Positions 29,068 to 39,367 are shown, numbered from the stretch's first letter. The stretch: DNA of 64,000 nt from an uncultured Bacilli bacterium (GCA_934101175.1 CAKOQC010000002.1:220424-284423); one strand, 5' to 3'. Notes: generated from the letters alone by a model not told the origin. Program-made: numbers and translations.

Positions 29068-30036
29068 ATGAAAAAATCATTGGGAAAGGTATTGATAACA
29101 GCTACAGCATGCTTTGCAATGATGGGTAATGTATATGGAGCTGCTAAACCTTCTTTAACATATGTATATTATAACGATCAAAAAGATGGTAATTATCGTA
29201 TAAGAAAAGTAATTGGAAGTAATTCAACATTTATGGATTTTATTACAATGAAAGATACTACTGATAAAGTAGGATATTGTGTAGATGTTGGAAAGAATTT
29301 AAATAAAGATATTAGTTATACAGAAACACAAGATTTAGCATCATATTTAAATGCAACATTAAATAATAGTACTAAAGCTAAAAATTTAGCTGCTAAAATA
29401 AGTCAATATGCTTATTATGGATATACAACATCTGGAACTCGTAATACTAATAATTATTATGCTGCTACTCAAAAATTAATATGGGAAGAATTATATAAGA
29501 ATGGATATGGAAGTTATAATAAAGATGCTTACTTAAGAGCAGATTCAGCAAATATTGAAGTAGATGTTTCTAAAGAAACTAATGAAATACTTAATGCTGT
29601 TGCTAATCATCTTAGAAAGCCATCATTTTGTAGTAGTAAAGATAAATTAGAAATAGGAGTAGGAGAAACAGCAACATTTACAGATAATAATAAAACTTTG
29701 AGTTATTATAAGGTAAGTTGTACATCTGATTTAAAATGTGAACCAAATGGAAATAATTTAAAGGTAACAGTTTTAAAGAAAGATGGAGATAAGAAGATTA
29801 CATTTACAAAAGATGCAAAAGGTACTCCTGCTTTAGTTTATAAACATGCTAATTCTCAAGGAGTATTAGTTGGAGGAAAAGTAGAACCAGTATCTTGTTC
29901 ATTCGGAGTAGATACATTTGAAAATATTCAAACAGCGGGGCCAAAAATGTTAGCAATAGTATCAATAGGATTATTATTTGGATTTATAGCATTCATGGTT
30001 TACTTTGGAAAAGAAAACTTAGGACAACAAAAATAG
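29068..30036 (+). CDS. Surface protein with candidate Cys-Gln thioester domain (TED) and a C-terminal membrane anchor / sorting-like signal
   Basis: Signal peptide 'MKKSLGKVLITATACFAMMGNVYGA'. 'GYCVD' (Cys codon 29278-29280) and 'ATQKLIW' (Gln codon 29470-29472) match the thioester-domain motifs. C-terminus is 'NIQTAG' + TM + basic tail. Confidence 0.55.
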   Translation: MKKSLGKVLITATACFAMMGNVYGAAKPSLTYVYYNDQKDGNYRIRKVIGSNSTFMDFITMKDTTDKVGYCVDVGKNLNKDISYTETQDLASYLNATLNNSTKAKNLAAKISQYAYYGYTTSGTRNTNNYYAATQKLIWEELYKNGYGSYNKDAYLRADSANIEVDVSKETNEILNAVANHLRKPSFCSSKDKLEIGVGETATFTDNNKTLSYYKVSCTSDLKCEPNGNNLKVTVLKKDGDKKITFTKDAKGTPALVYKHANSQGVLVGGKVEPVSCSFGVDTFENIQTAGPKMLAIVSIGLLFGFIAFMVYFGKENLGQQK

Positions 30037-30156
30037 CATAGAAATATGCTTTTTTCTTTATATATAAAGGACCTGGAAAATAAAAATTAAAAAATATATC
30101 AATTTTTATTTTAATATGATATAATAGATAATGAATACTAAAGGATGGTGTAAATA

Positions 30157-30981
30157 ATGACAGTAACTAATATACTATCAACATTGAAAAGTTTAATAGA
30201 TGTATCTATAGTATGGATACTTATATATGCAGTACTTAAGAACCTTAAGAATAATATTAAAATGATAATGATATTTAAAGGAATACTAATAATTTTAGTA
30301 ATTAAATATCTTAGCGATAAATTACAATTAATGACAGTAGGATTAATACTAGAATATGTATTAACATGGGGACCATTAGCATTAATAATAATATTCCAAC
30401 CAGAAATTAGAAATGCTTTAGAACAATTAGGTAAAAAACAAATACTTACTAGACAAAGATCACTTACAATGGATGAACGTGAAAAAGTAGTTTATGAAAT
30501 AATTAATGCAGTTGATTATATGAGAAAAGCTAAAATAGGCGGATTAATGGTTATAGAAAGAGAAATAAGCTTAAATAATTATATAGAAAAAAGTAAAGCA
30601 CTTTATGCAGATATTTCTTCAGAACTATTAATATCTATATTCTTTCCTAGAAACCCATTACATGATGGAGGAGTAATAATACAAGGAAATAGAATTACTA
30701 GTGCAGGAGCAATATTCCCAATAAGCTTAAATAGCAAAATAAATAAAAAACTAGGAACAAGACATAGAGCAGCATTAGGAATAAGCGAAGAAAGCGATTG
30801 TATTGCTTTAGTAGTATCAGAAGAAACAGGAAAAATATCTATCGCAATAAATGGAATTCTAAATTATAATTTATCATTAGATGATGCTAGAATGATTTTA
30901 ATAGAAGAATTAAAACCTAGAAAAGAATTATTATTAGATGATGAATTTGATGAAGAAAGTGAGCCTGATAATAATGAATAA
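30157..30981 (+). CDS. cdaA: Diadenylate cyclase CdaA
   Basis: Three N-terminal TM helices. DAC domain with 'HDGGVIIQG' and 'GTRHRAALGISEESDCIALVVSEETG'. Confidence 0.95.
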   Translation: MTVTNILSTLKSLIDVSIVWILIYAVLKNLKNNIKMIMIFKGILIILVIKYLSDKLQLMTVGLILEYVLTWGPLALIIIFQPEIRNALEQLGKKQILTRQRSLTMDEREKVVYEIINAVDYMRKAKIGGLMVIEREISLNNYIEKSKALYADISSELLISIFFPRNPLHDGGVIIQGNRITSAGAIFPISLNSKINKKLGTRHRAALGISEESDCIALVVSEETGKISIAINGILNYNLSLDDARMILIEELKPRKELLLDDEFDEESEPDNNE

Positions 30982-32356
30982 TAAAAAGAATAAAAATAAA
31001 AAAAGAATAAGAAAACCATTTATGTTTATTAGGGCAATAATTAGATTAATAGATAAAAAAATAATTACTCCAATAACAAAATTTATTTTACTTATATCAG
31101 AAAAGATGGGAAGAAGAACAGATAAATTTGAAAGATGGTTAGTTAAAAAGAATACACTAATATTTATATCATTAGTATTAGCAATAGTTACCTTTATAGC
31201 TGTTGATAATAAATCATTAGTACTTATAGATTCTTATGCAGAAGTACTTCATGATCAGAAAGTAGAAGCAATATATAATACAGAAACATATGTAGTAGAG
31301 GGATTGCCTGAAACAGCAGATGTTACACTTATAGGAAGAAAAATAGATATGTATTTAGCTAAACAATTATCTAAAGGAACAGTATCTGTTGATATTTCTA
31401 ACTTAGAAGCTGGTACACATAAAGTAGCATTAAACTATGAAAGTAGTGTTAATTCAGTTAATTATAATGTATCACCTTCAAATGTTACAATTATTATATA
31501 TCCTAAAGTATCTTCTACTAAAGTAGCTACAATAGATACTATTAATAAAGAAAAATTAGATAGTAAACTATCAATATCTAATGTTACAATAGATCAACAA
31601 GAAATAATAATTAAAGGAGCAGAACATACGATTAAAGAAGTAGCTACTGTTAGAGCATTAGTAGATATATCTAAATTAGTAGATCCAGAAGTTGGAGTAA
31701 TGAACTTAGAAAATGTACCTTTAATAGCATATGATAATAATGGTAGAACAGTAGATGTAGAAATGGTACCTAGTAAGGTAAATGCTACAATTAGTATTGA
31801 TTCTCCACATAAAGAAGTACCAATAAAGATTATTCCAATAGGAGAAGTACAATTTGGTAAAGCTATTAGTTCAATAACTTCTAGTGAAACTAAAGTTACA
31901 GTATATGGTAGTGAAGATAGTATTAATAAGATAGAATACTTCCCAATAGAAGTAGATGTAACTAATTTAAGTTCTAATAAAGTATTTAATGTTGCTTTAT
32001 CAGTACCACAAGGAGTTAGAGATTTATCTGTTAAGAATACAAGAGTATCAGTTACATTAGGAGAAGAAAAGACTAAAGAAGTAAAAGATGTAATGATAGA
32101 AACGGTAAATCTAGATCCTAACTATAAGGCGGCGGCAATAGGAGTAGGAGCTTCGTCGATTAAGACATCAGTTATTGTAAAAGGTACACAAGAAGTATTG
32201 AATGCAATAGATGAGAGTAAGATTAAAGCAATAGTAGACTTATCTGAATATAAAGAGGGAGATCATGAAGTAACAATTACTGTTACAGGTGATGATGTAA
32301 AAGCAACATATACTCCTAAGACTACTAAGATAAAGATTAGAATAAGTAAAAAATAG
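30974..32356 (+). CDS. cdaR: CdaA regulator CdaR (YbbR-domain repeats)
   Basis: ATG 30974 overlaps the cdaA stop. One TM helix followed by repeated YbbR-like beta modules. Canonical position after cdaA. Confidence 0.8.
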   Translation: MNNKKNKNKKRIRKPFMFIRAIIRLIDKKIITPITKFILLISEKMGRRTDKFERWLVKKNTLIFISLVLAIVTFIAVDNKSLVLIDSYAEVLHDQKVEAIYNTETYVVEGLPETADVTLIGRKIDMYLAKQLSKGTVSVDISNLEAGTHKVALNYESSVNSVNYNVSPSNVTIIIYPKVSSTKVATIDTINKEKLDSKLSISNVTIDQQEIIIKGAEHTIKEVATVRALVDISKLVDPEVGVMNLENVPLIAYDNNGRTVDVEMVPSKVNATISIDSPHKEVPIKIIPIGEVQFGKAISSITSSETKVTVYGSEDSINKIEYFPIEVDVTNLSSNKVFNVALSVPQGVRDLSVKNTRVSVTLGEEKTKEVKDVMIETVNLDPNYKAAAIGVGASSIKTSVIVKGTQEVLNAIDESKIKAIVDLSEYKEGDHEVTITVTGDDVKATYTPKTTKIKIRISKK

Positions 32357-32364
32357 AATAATAA

Positions 32365-32403
32365 AAAGAATGATTTCATAGTGATTATGTAAATCATTCT
32401 TTT
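32365..32403. terminator. Bidirectional terminator between cdaR and pgsA
   Basis: 12-bp arms AAAGAATGATTT / AAATCATTCTTT flanked by A- and T-runs. Confidence 0.7.
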
Positions 32404-32406
32404 ACT

Positions 32407-32997
32407 TTATTTATGAGATTTTTTCTTTTTATCTTTATCTATATCGATATTAATATATTTGATTAGAGTGATTACTTGAGTGATAATAGTTATTATTGAA
32501 GAGATAAAGATTATTTTAATATTGGTATTAGGGATATAGACAAGTATTAGGGTTATTGACAAGAGAGTAGTCTTGATTTTACCTATTATGGTAGAACGGG
32601 GTTTATTACCTTTAGATTCTGATAAGAGATTAGTATAGCTAATGGCTAATTCTAAGATTAGATTAAATAGTAGGATATAACATTGGAAAGCAGCAGGTAT
32701 TACTAAACTCATAGCAAATATCTTATCACAAACGGCATCTAACTTGATACCAAAATCTGAAGTAAGATTATAAGCTCTAGCTATTTTACCATCTAAAAAG
32801 TCGGTTATAGCAAAGAATATTAAAGCTATAATAGCTAATTTTATTTTACCTAGTAACATAGAAGGAATAACAATAAAGGGAGCTAAAGCTCTAGAGAATG
32901 TTAGTATATTGGGAATTTGTTTTTTGATATTACCTTCTTTTATATTTTTTACTTGAAGTAGAAAGTCTTTAAAGAAATCAGTTATTAGTTTTTTCAT
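32407..32997 (-). CDS. pgsA: CDP-alcohol phosphatidyltransferase (PgsA-like)
   Basis: 'DFLDGKIARAYNLTSDFGIKLDAVCDK' matches the D-x2-DG-x2-AR...G-x3-D-x3-D motif. Polytopic membrane protein. Confidence 0.8.
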   Translation of the reverse strand: MKKLITDFFKDFLLQVKNIKEGNIKKQIPNILTFSRALAPFIVIPSMLLGKIKLAIIALIFFAITDFLDGKIARAYNLTSDFGIKLDAVCDKIFAMSLVIPAAFQCYILLFNLILELAISYTNLLSESKGNKPRSTIIGKIKTTLLSITLILVYIPNTNIKIIFISSIITIITQVITLIKYINIDIDKDKKKKSHK

Positions 32998-33086
32998 AGT
33001 ATCATCCCCTTAATAGTAATTACTATTATTATATATCAATAATTAGTTAAAAACAATTATAAAAAAATATTTTATAAGAAAAGAGA

Positions 33087-33347
33087 CTATTTGGTCTCTA
33101 CGATAAGTTTAATGGCAGTTCTTTCGTCCCCATCAATTACAATATCTGTAAATGCAGGGATACAGATTAGATTTTTTCCAGAAGGTGCTACAAATCCTCT
33201 TGCAATAGCAATGGCCTTAATTGCTTGATTTAATGCGCCAGCTCCAATAGCTTGAATTTCTACACTATCTTTCTCTCTAAAAACATTAGCTAGAGCACCC
33301 GCTACAGAGTTAGGGTTAGATTTAGTTCCTACTTTAAGTGTTTCCAT
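33087..33347 (-). CDS. spoVS: SpoVS-family protein (86 aa)
   Basis: From ATG 33347: 'METLKVGTKSNPNSVAGALANVFREKDSVEIQAIGAGALNQAIKAIAIARGFVAPSGKNLICIPAFTDI' is near-collinear with SpoVS as I recall it. Confidence 0.85.
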   Translation of the reverse strand: METLKVGTKSNPNSVAGALANVFREKDSVEIQAIGAGALNQAIKAIAIARGFVAPSGKNLICIPAFTDIVIDGDERTAIKLIVETK

Positions 33348-33485
33348 TATTTTATCATTCCTTTCTTTATACATTTAACTATATGTTATTACTTTAAAAA
33401 AGATACTAACAATTTACAAAACATTAAGATATATGCTATAATTAAATATAGAAATTAAGAGTTTTAAAGATATGGAGATGATAAG

Positions 33486-34649
33486 ATGTATCGTAATACT
33501 TATGCTTATATAGATGATAAAATACTTACAAATAATATTAGGGAAATAGTTAGAAAATATTCTTTTTATAAATATTATATTGGAGTAGTTAAAGCTAATG
33601 CTTATGGACATGGAAGTTATATTGTTAATGATTTAATTAAAGGGGGGGTTAATTATTTAGCAGTATCTTCATTAGAAGAAGCAATAGAAATAAGAAAATA
33701 TAATAAAGAGATACCTATTCTTTGTTTAGAACCAATAAATATAGAATATTTAGATGTTATTCTTGATAATAAGATAACTATTACAGTAGAAAGTATTGAT
33801 TATGTTAGAGAGTTAGTTAATAAGAAGATAACTTCTAAATTATTAGTTCATCTTAAGTTAGATACAGGAATGAGTAGACTTGGTTATAAAGATAAAGAAG
33901 AATTAATTAAGAGTATTAAATTACTAAGGGAGAATAAGAATATCTTTATAGAAGGTATATATACACATTTAGCTACTAGTGGAATAAATGATAAATATTA
34001 TGATAAACAAATAGATAAATTTAGGTATTTAACTGAAGATATAGATTTAAAAGAAATACCGATTGTACATTTAAATAGATCAATAACACTTACACATCAT
34101 AAGATGTTACCTTTTGAGACAGGAACAAGATTAGGAATAATTATGTATGGTTTTAGTCAGAGTTTACCTGAACCTGTAGGTCTTAGAAAGATAAAAAGAG
34201 ATATACTTAATAAGATTAGACATATTAGTCCTACAGTTATGAGTAATGATTTAAAACTTAAGACAGCATTTTCTTTATATTCAGAAGTAATGAGTATAAG
34301 ATGTATTAAAAAGGGAGATTTTGTAGGTTATGGAGCTAATTATATAGCTAAAGAGGATACTATTATAGGGACTATTCCAATAGGATATGCAGATGGGATG
34401 AGTTCTTTAATGAAATATGTTTGTATAAATAAAAAGAAATATCCAATTGTTGGAGATATTTGTATGGATATGACTATTGTTAAATTAGATGATAGGGTTA
34501 AGTTACATGATAAAGTAGAAATATTTGGAGATACTATTAGTGTTAAGTCAGTAGCTAATAATATGCATAGTAATGCTTATCATGTTTTAACAGGAGTTAC
34601 TTCTAGAGTACCTAGAGTTTATTCAGATGGTAAGACTATTAAATATTAG
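33486..34649 (+). CDS. alr: PLP-dependent alanine racemase
   Basis: 'VVKANAYGHG' PLP-lysine motif; length and C-terminal beta domain are typical. Confidence 0.85.
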   Translation: MYRNTYAYIDDKILTNNIREIVRKYSFYKYYIGVVKANAYGHGSYIVNDLIKGGVNYLAVSSLEEAIEIRKYNKEIPILCLEPINIEYLDVILDNKITITVESIDYVRELVNKKITSKLLVHLKLDTGMSRLGYKDKEELIKSIKLLRENKNIFIEGIYTHLATSGINDKYYDKQIDKFRYLTEDIDLKEIPIVHLNRSITLTHHKMLPFETGTRLGIIMYGFSQSLPEPVGLRKIKRDILNKIRHISPTVMSNDLKLKTAFSLYSEVMSIRCIKKGDFVGYGANYIAKEDTIIGTIPIGYADGMSSLMKYVCINKKKYPIVGDICMDMTIVKLDDRVKLHDKVEIFGDTISVKSVANNMHSNAYHVLTGVTSRVPRVYSDGKTIKY

Positions 34650-34658
34650 AGGTGTAAT

Positions 34659-35879
34659 ATGAAATATAATGTATTAATTATTGGAAGTGATGCTAATGCT
34701 TATTATATGGCTAGATGTTATCATGAAGCATATCATAAGAAAGCTTATGTACTTGCTAAAGGAGAGCTTCCATATACAAAATATTCAAATATATTAAATA
34801 TATTTTATGACTTTTCTATATGGGATGAAGAAGGTTTTTTAAGAGCTATATATAAATTTAAAGAAGAACATAATAATTATAAGACTTTACTTATTAGTTC
34901 TAATGAGAGTTATGCTAGAATGATAGCTAAAAATAAAGAACAACTATTAAAAGATAATTTTATTTTTAATTATCCTAGTTTAGATATTATAGATTCTTTA
35001 ATGATGAAAGAGACTTTTTATAAGAAATATCAAGATTCTTGTTTAAGTTTACCTGAGACATATTATTTTGATTGTAGTAAAGATAAAGTAATTAATAAGA
35101 AGATGAAGTATCCACTTATTCTTAAACCTAGTAATGTTATTATGTATAATCATCTTTCTTTTGAGGGTAAAAATAAGATATATCAAATATATAGTAAAAA
35201 AGAACTTGATGAAGTTATTAAAAGAATAGTAGATGCTGGGTATACGGATACATTAATTATACAAGACTTTATTCCGGGAGATGATACTTATTTATTTGAT
35301 GCAGTTGCTTATGTTTCAAGTGAACATCAAGTAAAATTATTATCTTTAGCTAGAATAGGGCTTCAAGAACATAGTAAGAATATGGTAGGAAATGCTGCTG
35401 TTTTAATAAATGGATATACTGAGGGAATAGATACTAAAGAAATAGAAGAGGAAATGAAGACTTTTCTTGAAGATATTAAGTATCAAGGATTTTGTGAATT
35501 TGATTTAAAATATGATTATCGTGATAAGAAATTTAAAGTATTAGAGATTAATGCTAGACAGGGCAGGAGTAGTTATTATATAACAGGATGTGGATATAAT
35601 TTAGTTAAAGTATTAATAGAAGATTTAATAGAACATAAAGATATGAAATATACTTTTCTTACAGATAGAGTACTTTTATCGTTTGTACCTAGAGGAGTAG
35701 CTTTAAAATATATTAAAGATAAAGAATATAGACAAGAAGTAATTAGGCTTTGGAAATATAGAGTTAATCCAGTTAATTATAGAGAAGATAGAAACTTTAT
35801 GAGAAGATTGTATTTGATAAAGAAATATTTTCGTTATTATAAAGAATATAAGAATGGGTATTGGAAAGATAATCCATAA
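34659..35879 (+). CDS. ATP-grasp ligase of the D-aspartate-ligase (Asl-fm / COG3919) type
   Basis: 'VLIIGSDANAYYMARCYHEAY', 'LILKPSN', 'LIIQDFIPGDD' and 'LEINARQGRSSYY' resemble the E. faecium D-Asp ligase family as I recall it. Confidence 0.6.
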   Translation: MKYNVLIIGSDANAYYMARCYHEAYHKKAYVLAKGELPYTKYSNILNIFYDFSIWDEEGFLRAIYKFKEEHNNYKTLLISSNESYARMIAKNKEQLLKDNFIFNYPSLDIIDSLMMKETFYKKYQDSCLSLPETYYFDCSKDKVINKKMKYPLILKPSNVIMYNHLSFEGKNKIYQIYSKKELDEVIKRIVDAGYTDTLIIQDFIPGDDTYLFDAVAYVSSEHQVKLLSLARIGLQEHSKNMVGNAAVLINGYTEGIDTKEIEEEMKTFLEDIKYQGFCEFDLKYDYRDKKFKVLEINARQGRSSYYITGCGYNLVKVLIEDLIEHKDMKYTFLTDRVLLSFVPRGVALKYIKDKEYRQEVIRLWKYRVNPVNYREDRNFMRRLYLIKKYFRYYKEYKNGYWKDNP

Positions 35880-35892
35880 GGAGTGATTTAGA

Positions 35893-37728
35893 ATGTGTGG
35901 ATTTGTTGGTTTTGTAGATAAGAAAAAGAAAAAAGATAAAGATAAAATAATTAAAGATATGGCAGATGCGATTATTCATAGAGGACCTGATAGTGATGGA
36001 TATTATACTGATGATAAAGTAGCACTTGGATTTAGAAGACTATCTATTATTGATTTAAAGGGAGGAGATCAACCAATCTATAATGAAGATAATAGTATGG
36101 TAATTACTTTTAATGGAGAGATATATAACTATCAAGAATTAAGAGAAGAACTAATAGAGAAAGGTCATAAATTTAAGACTAATACTGATACAGAAGTAAT
36201 ATTACATGGATATGAAGAGTATAAAGAGGAATTATTTCCTAGATTAAGAGGAATGTTTGCTTTTGTTATATATAATACTAAGAGTGGAGAATTAGTAGGA
36301 TGTCGTGATCAATTTGGTATTAAACCATTTTACTATTATAAAAAAGATGATGAATTTATGTTCGGATCAGAAATTAAGGGGATGATACCACATCCTAATT
36401 TTGTTAAAGAAGTAAATGATAAGTCTTTGAAGATGTATTTAATTTTTCAATATTCTGTTTTTGAAGAAACATTCTTTAAGAATGTATATAAGTTAAAACC
36501 TGGACATTATTTTAAATATCATGATGGAGAGTTAGAGATTGGAGAATACTTTAATATTGTTTATGATAAAGAGAATAAACCTTATGAAGAATATAAAAAA
36601 GAGATTAAAGATGTTTTAGCTAATTCAATTAAATATCATCAAATTACTTCTGATGTTGAAGTTGGTTCTTATTTATCAGGAGGAGTAGATTCATCATATG
36701 TTGTTAGTGTGGCTAAACCTGATAAGACTTTTTCAGTAGGATTTGATGTAGCAGGATTTGATGAGACAAAAATGGCAAAAGATTTTTCTGATTTAATGCA
36801 TGTTAAGAATTATAGTAAGTATATTTCAAAAGAAGAATTTTTTGAAAGCCTTCCTAAGGTAGAATATTATACTGATGAACCACATGCTAATCTTTCGACA
36901 GTACCTTTATTATTCTTATCAGAATTAGCTCGTAAACAAGTAAAAGTAGTATTATCGGGAGAAGGATCTGATGAGATGTTTGGAGGGTATAATGAATATT
37001 TAGAACCTTTACCAGTAAAGATATATATGAATATGCCAGGTTTTATTAAGAAGCCAATAGCAGGAATAGCTAAGAAGTTACCACATTTTCCTGGTAAGAA
37101 TACTTTAATTAAATATAGTAAGCCTTTCTGTGAGAGATATATTGGACATGCTCAAGTAATGAATGAAGATGAGGCTAATGAGATACTATGTGATAGACTT
37201 AAAGATGATATGACTACTACAGATGTAATTAAACCTTATTATGAGAAAGTAAAACATGAGAGCGATGTTTTAAAAAAGATGTATATAGATATGCATTTCT
37301 GGTTACCACAAGATATATTACTTAAAGCAGATAAGATGACAATGGCTAATTCAATAGAACTTAGAGTACCTTTTCTTGATAAAGAAGTATGGAATGTAGC
37401 TAGAAAGATACCTACAAAATATCTTGTAAGAAAGAAAAAGACAAAAGAAATATTTAGAAGTGTAGCTGATGAAGTTATGCCAGAAGATTGGTCTAAGAGA
37501 AGAAAACTAGGATTTCCAGTTCCATTTTCTAAGTGGATAAGAGAAGAAAAATATTATAAGGAAGTTAAGAAATACTTTAATTATGATTATGTATCAAAGT
37601 TTTTTGATAAAGATGTAATAAATAAATTATTAGAAGATCATTATCAAGGAATATGTAATAATGGTAGAAAGATATATAATATTTATATATTCTTGATATG
37701 GTATAAAGTATATTTTTGTGGGGATTAA
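35893..37728 (+). CDS. asnB: Glutamine-hydrolysing asparagine synthase family amidotransferase (AsnB paralogue 2)
   Basis: 'MCGFVGF' Ntn Cys2, 'RGPDSDG', PP-loop 'SYLSGGVDSS'. AAGGAG SD. Confidence 0.9.
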   Translation: MCGFVGFVDKKKKKDKDKIIKDMADAIIHRGPDSDGYYTDDKVALGFRRLSIIDLKGGDQPIYNEDNSMVITFNGEIYNYQELREELIEKGHKFKTNTDTEVILHGYEEYKEELFPRLRGMFAFVIYNTKSGELVGCRDQFGIKPFYYYKKDDEFMFGSEIKGMIPHPNFVKEVNDKSLKMYLIFQYSVFEETFFKNVYKLKPGHYFKYHDGELEIGEYFNIVYDKENKPYEEYKKEIKDVLANSIKYHQITSDVEVGSYLSGGVDSSYVVSVAKPDKTFSVGFDVAGFDETKMAKDFSDLMHVKNYSKYISKEEFFESLPKVEYYTDEPHANLSTVPLLFLSELARKQVKVVLSGEGSDEMFGGYNEYLEPLPVKIYMNMPGFIKKPIAGIAKKLPHFPGKNTLIKYSKPFCERYIGHAQVMNEDEANEILCDRLKDDMTTTDVIKPYYEKVKHESDVLKKMYIDMHFWLPQDILLKADKMTMANSIELRVPFLDKEVWNVARKIPTKYLVRKKKTKEIFRSVADEVMPEDWSKRRKLGFPVPFSKWIREEKYYKEVKKYFNYDYVSKFFDKDVINKLLEDHYQGICNNGRKIYNIYIFLIWYKVYFCGD

Positions 37729-37729
37729 T

Positions 37730-39367
37730 ATGAAGAAATTAAAGAAATCATCTTTTTTAGAGGGAGCTTTTATTGCGACATTTTGTATTATTGTTACAAA
37801 GATATTGGGTGTATTATATGTAATTCCTTTTTATAAGATAATAGGAGAACAAGGAGGAACATTATATGGATATGCCTATAATATATATAATGTTTTTCTA
37901 ATTATTTCATCAGCAGGAATACCTTTAGCAATAAGTAAACTTACTAGTGAATACAATACACTTGGGGAAATGGATAAGAAAACAAGGATGTATAGAATAG
38001 CTACAAATATTGTAATGATTTTCTCGATATTTGCTTTTGTAGTTTGTTTTAGTTTTGCTCCACAGTTATCTAATTTAATTATTGGAGAACTTGAAGGAGG
38101 AAATACCATAGATGATGTTACATTCGTTATTAGATTAATATCATTTGCATTATTAATTATACCATTTCTTAGTATTGAGAGAGGTTATTTACAAGGACAT
38201 AGATATATTAAAGAACCTTCTATTAGTCAAGTTATAGAACAGATAGTTAGAATATTAGTAATTATAGTAGGTAGTTATTTATGTACTTATACTTTTAAAT
38301 TACCAATAAAATATGGAGTAGGTATTTCTGTATTTGCAGCATGTATAGGAGGAATAGCAACATTTATCTATCTTAATAGAGTAGTTAAACATAATAAAAA
38401 ACAAATAGGACTTGATATTAAACCAGTAACTACTAAAGATGAGGATAAGGAAATTATTAAAAAGATAATATGTTATTCAATACCTTTTATTGTTATTAAT
38501 CTTGCTAATACTTTATATACTTCAACAGATATGATACTAGTAATTAGAACATTGCCTAAATTAGGATTTAGTGCTACTGATACAGAATTTATTAGTAGTG
38601 TATTTACTACTTGGGGAGTTAAATTTAATACTATTATTACTTCTATTTCTACAGGACTTATAGTTAGTCTTATTCCTAATATGGTAAAAGATTATACGGA
38701 GAAGAATATGTTAGCAGTAAATAGTAACTTTAATAAATGTTTAAAAATAATACTTTTAATAGTAGCTCCTTTAGCAATATATTTAAGTTGTATGTCACAA
38801 AGCTTATGGGATGTCTTCTATGGTAGTAGTGAATATGGTAGTAAGATAATTAAATATACGATAATAGTAACAATCTTTGACTGTTTATATATGGTTATTA
38901 ATTCTTTATTACAGAGTTTAAATAAATCTAAATTAATATATGTAAGTGTTATAACTGGTCTTTTAACTAATTTAATATTAGATATACCTTTAATGTATTT
39001 ATTTGCTAAACTTAATTTACCAGCATATTATGGAGCAATTACGGCTACTTTACTAGGTTTCTTATTATCTAATAGTATTAGTATTATTTATTTAAATAAG
39101 GAAATGCATCTTAATTATAGGGATACGATTAAGGCTATACCTAGATTTATTCTATCAGTAATAGTACTTATAGTGATGTTTAAAGGATTTAAGATGATTT
39201 TACCTATAGATAATCCTAGTAGAATGGTACAAGTATTTAATTTAGCTATTACAGGAATAGTATGTGGAATAGTGTATTTACTTATTAATTTTAAGTATTT
39301 GAAAGAGATACTTCCTAATAAGATAGTTAGAATGATACCACTTGTTAATAAAAAGAAAGAAATTTAG
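37730..39367 (+). CDS. murJ: MOP-superfamily lipid II flippase, MurJ/YtgP/SpoVB type
   Basis: About 14 TM helices. The N-terminus 'FLEGAFIATFCIIVTKILGVLYVIPFYKIIGEQGGTLYGYAYNIYNVFLIISSAGIPLAISK' is collinear with B. subtilis YtgP. ATG lies 2 nt after the asnB stop. Confidence 0.8.
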   Translation: MKKLKKSSFLEGAFIATFCIIVTKILGVLYVIPFYKIIGEQGGTLYGYAYNIYNVFLIISSAGIPLAISKLTSEYNTLGEMDKKTRMYRIATNIVMIFSIFAFVVCFSFAPQLSNLIIGELEGGNTIDDVTFVIRLISFALLIIPFLSIERGYLQGHRYIKEPSISQVIEQIVRILVIIVGSYLCTYTFKLPIKYGVGISVFAACIGGIATFIYLNRVVKHNKKQIGLDIKPVTTKDEDKEIIKKIICYSIPFIVINLANTLYTSTDMILVIRTLPKLGFSATDTEFISSVFTTWGVKFNTIITSISTGLIVSLIPNMVKDYTEKNMLAVNSNFNKCLKIILLIVAPLAIYLSCMSQSLWDVFYGSSEYGSKIIKYTIIVTIFDCLYMVINSLLQSLNKSKLIYVSVITGLLTNLILDIPLMYLFAKLNLPAYYGAITATLLGFLLSNSISIIYLNKEMHLNYRDTIKAIPRFILSVIVLIVMFKGFKMILPIDNPSRMVQVFNLAITGIVCGIVYLLINFKYLKEILPNKIVRMIPLVNKKKEI

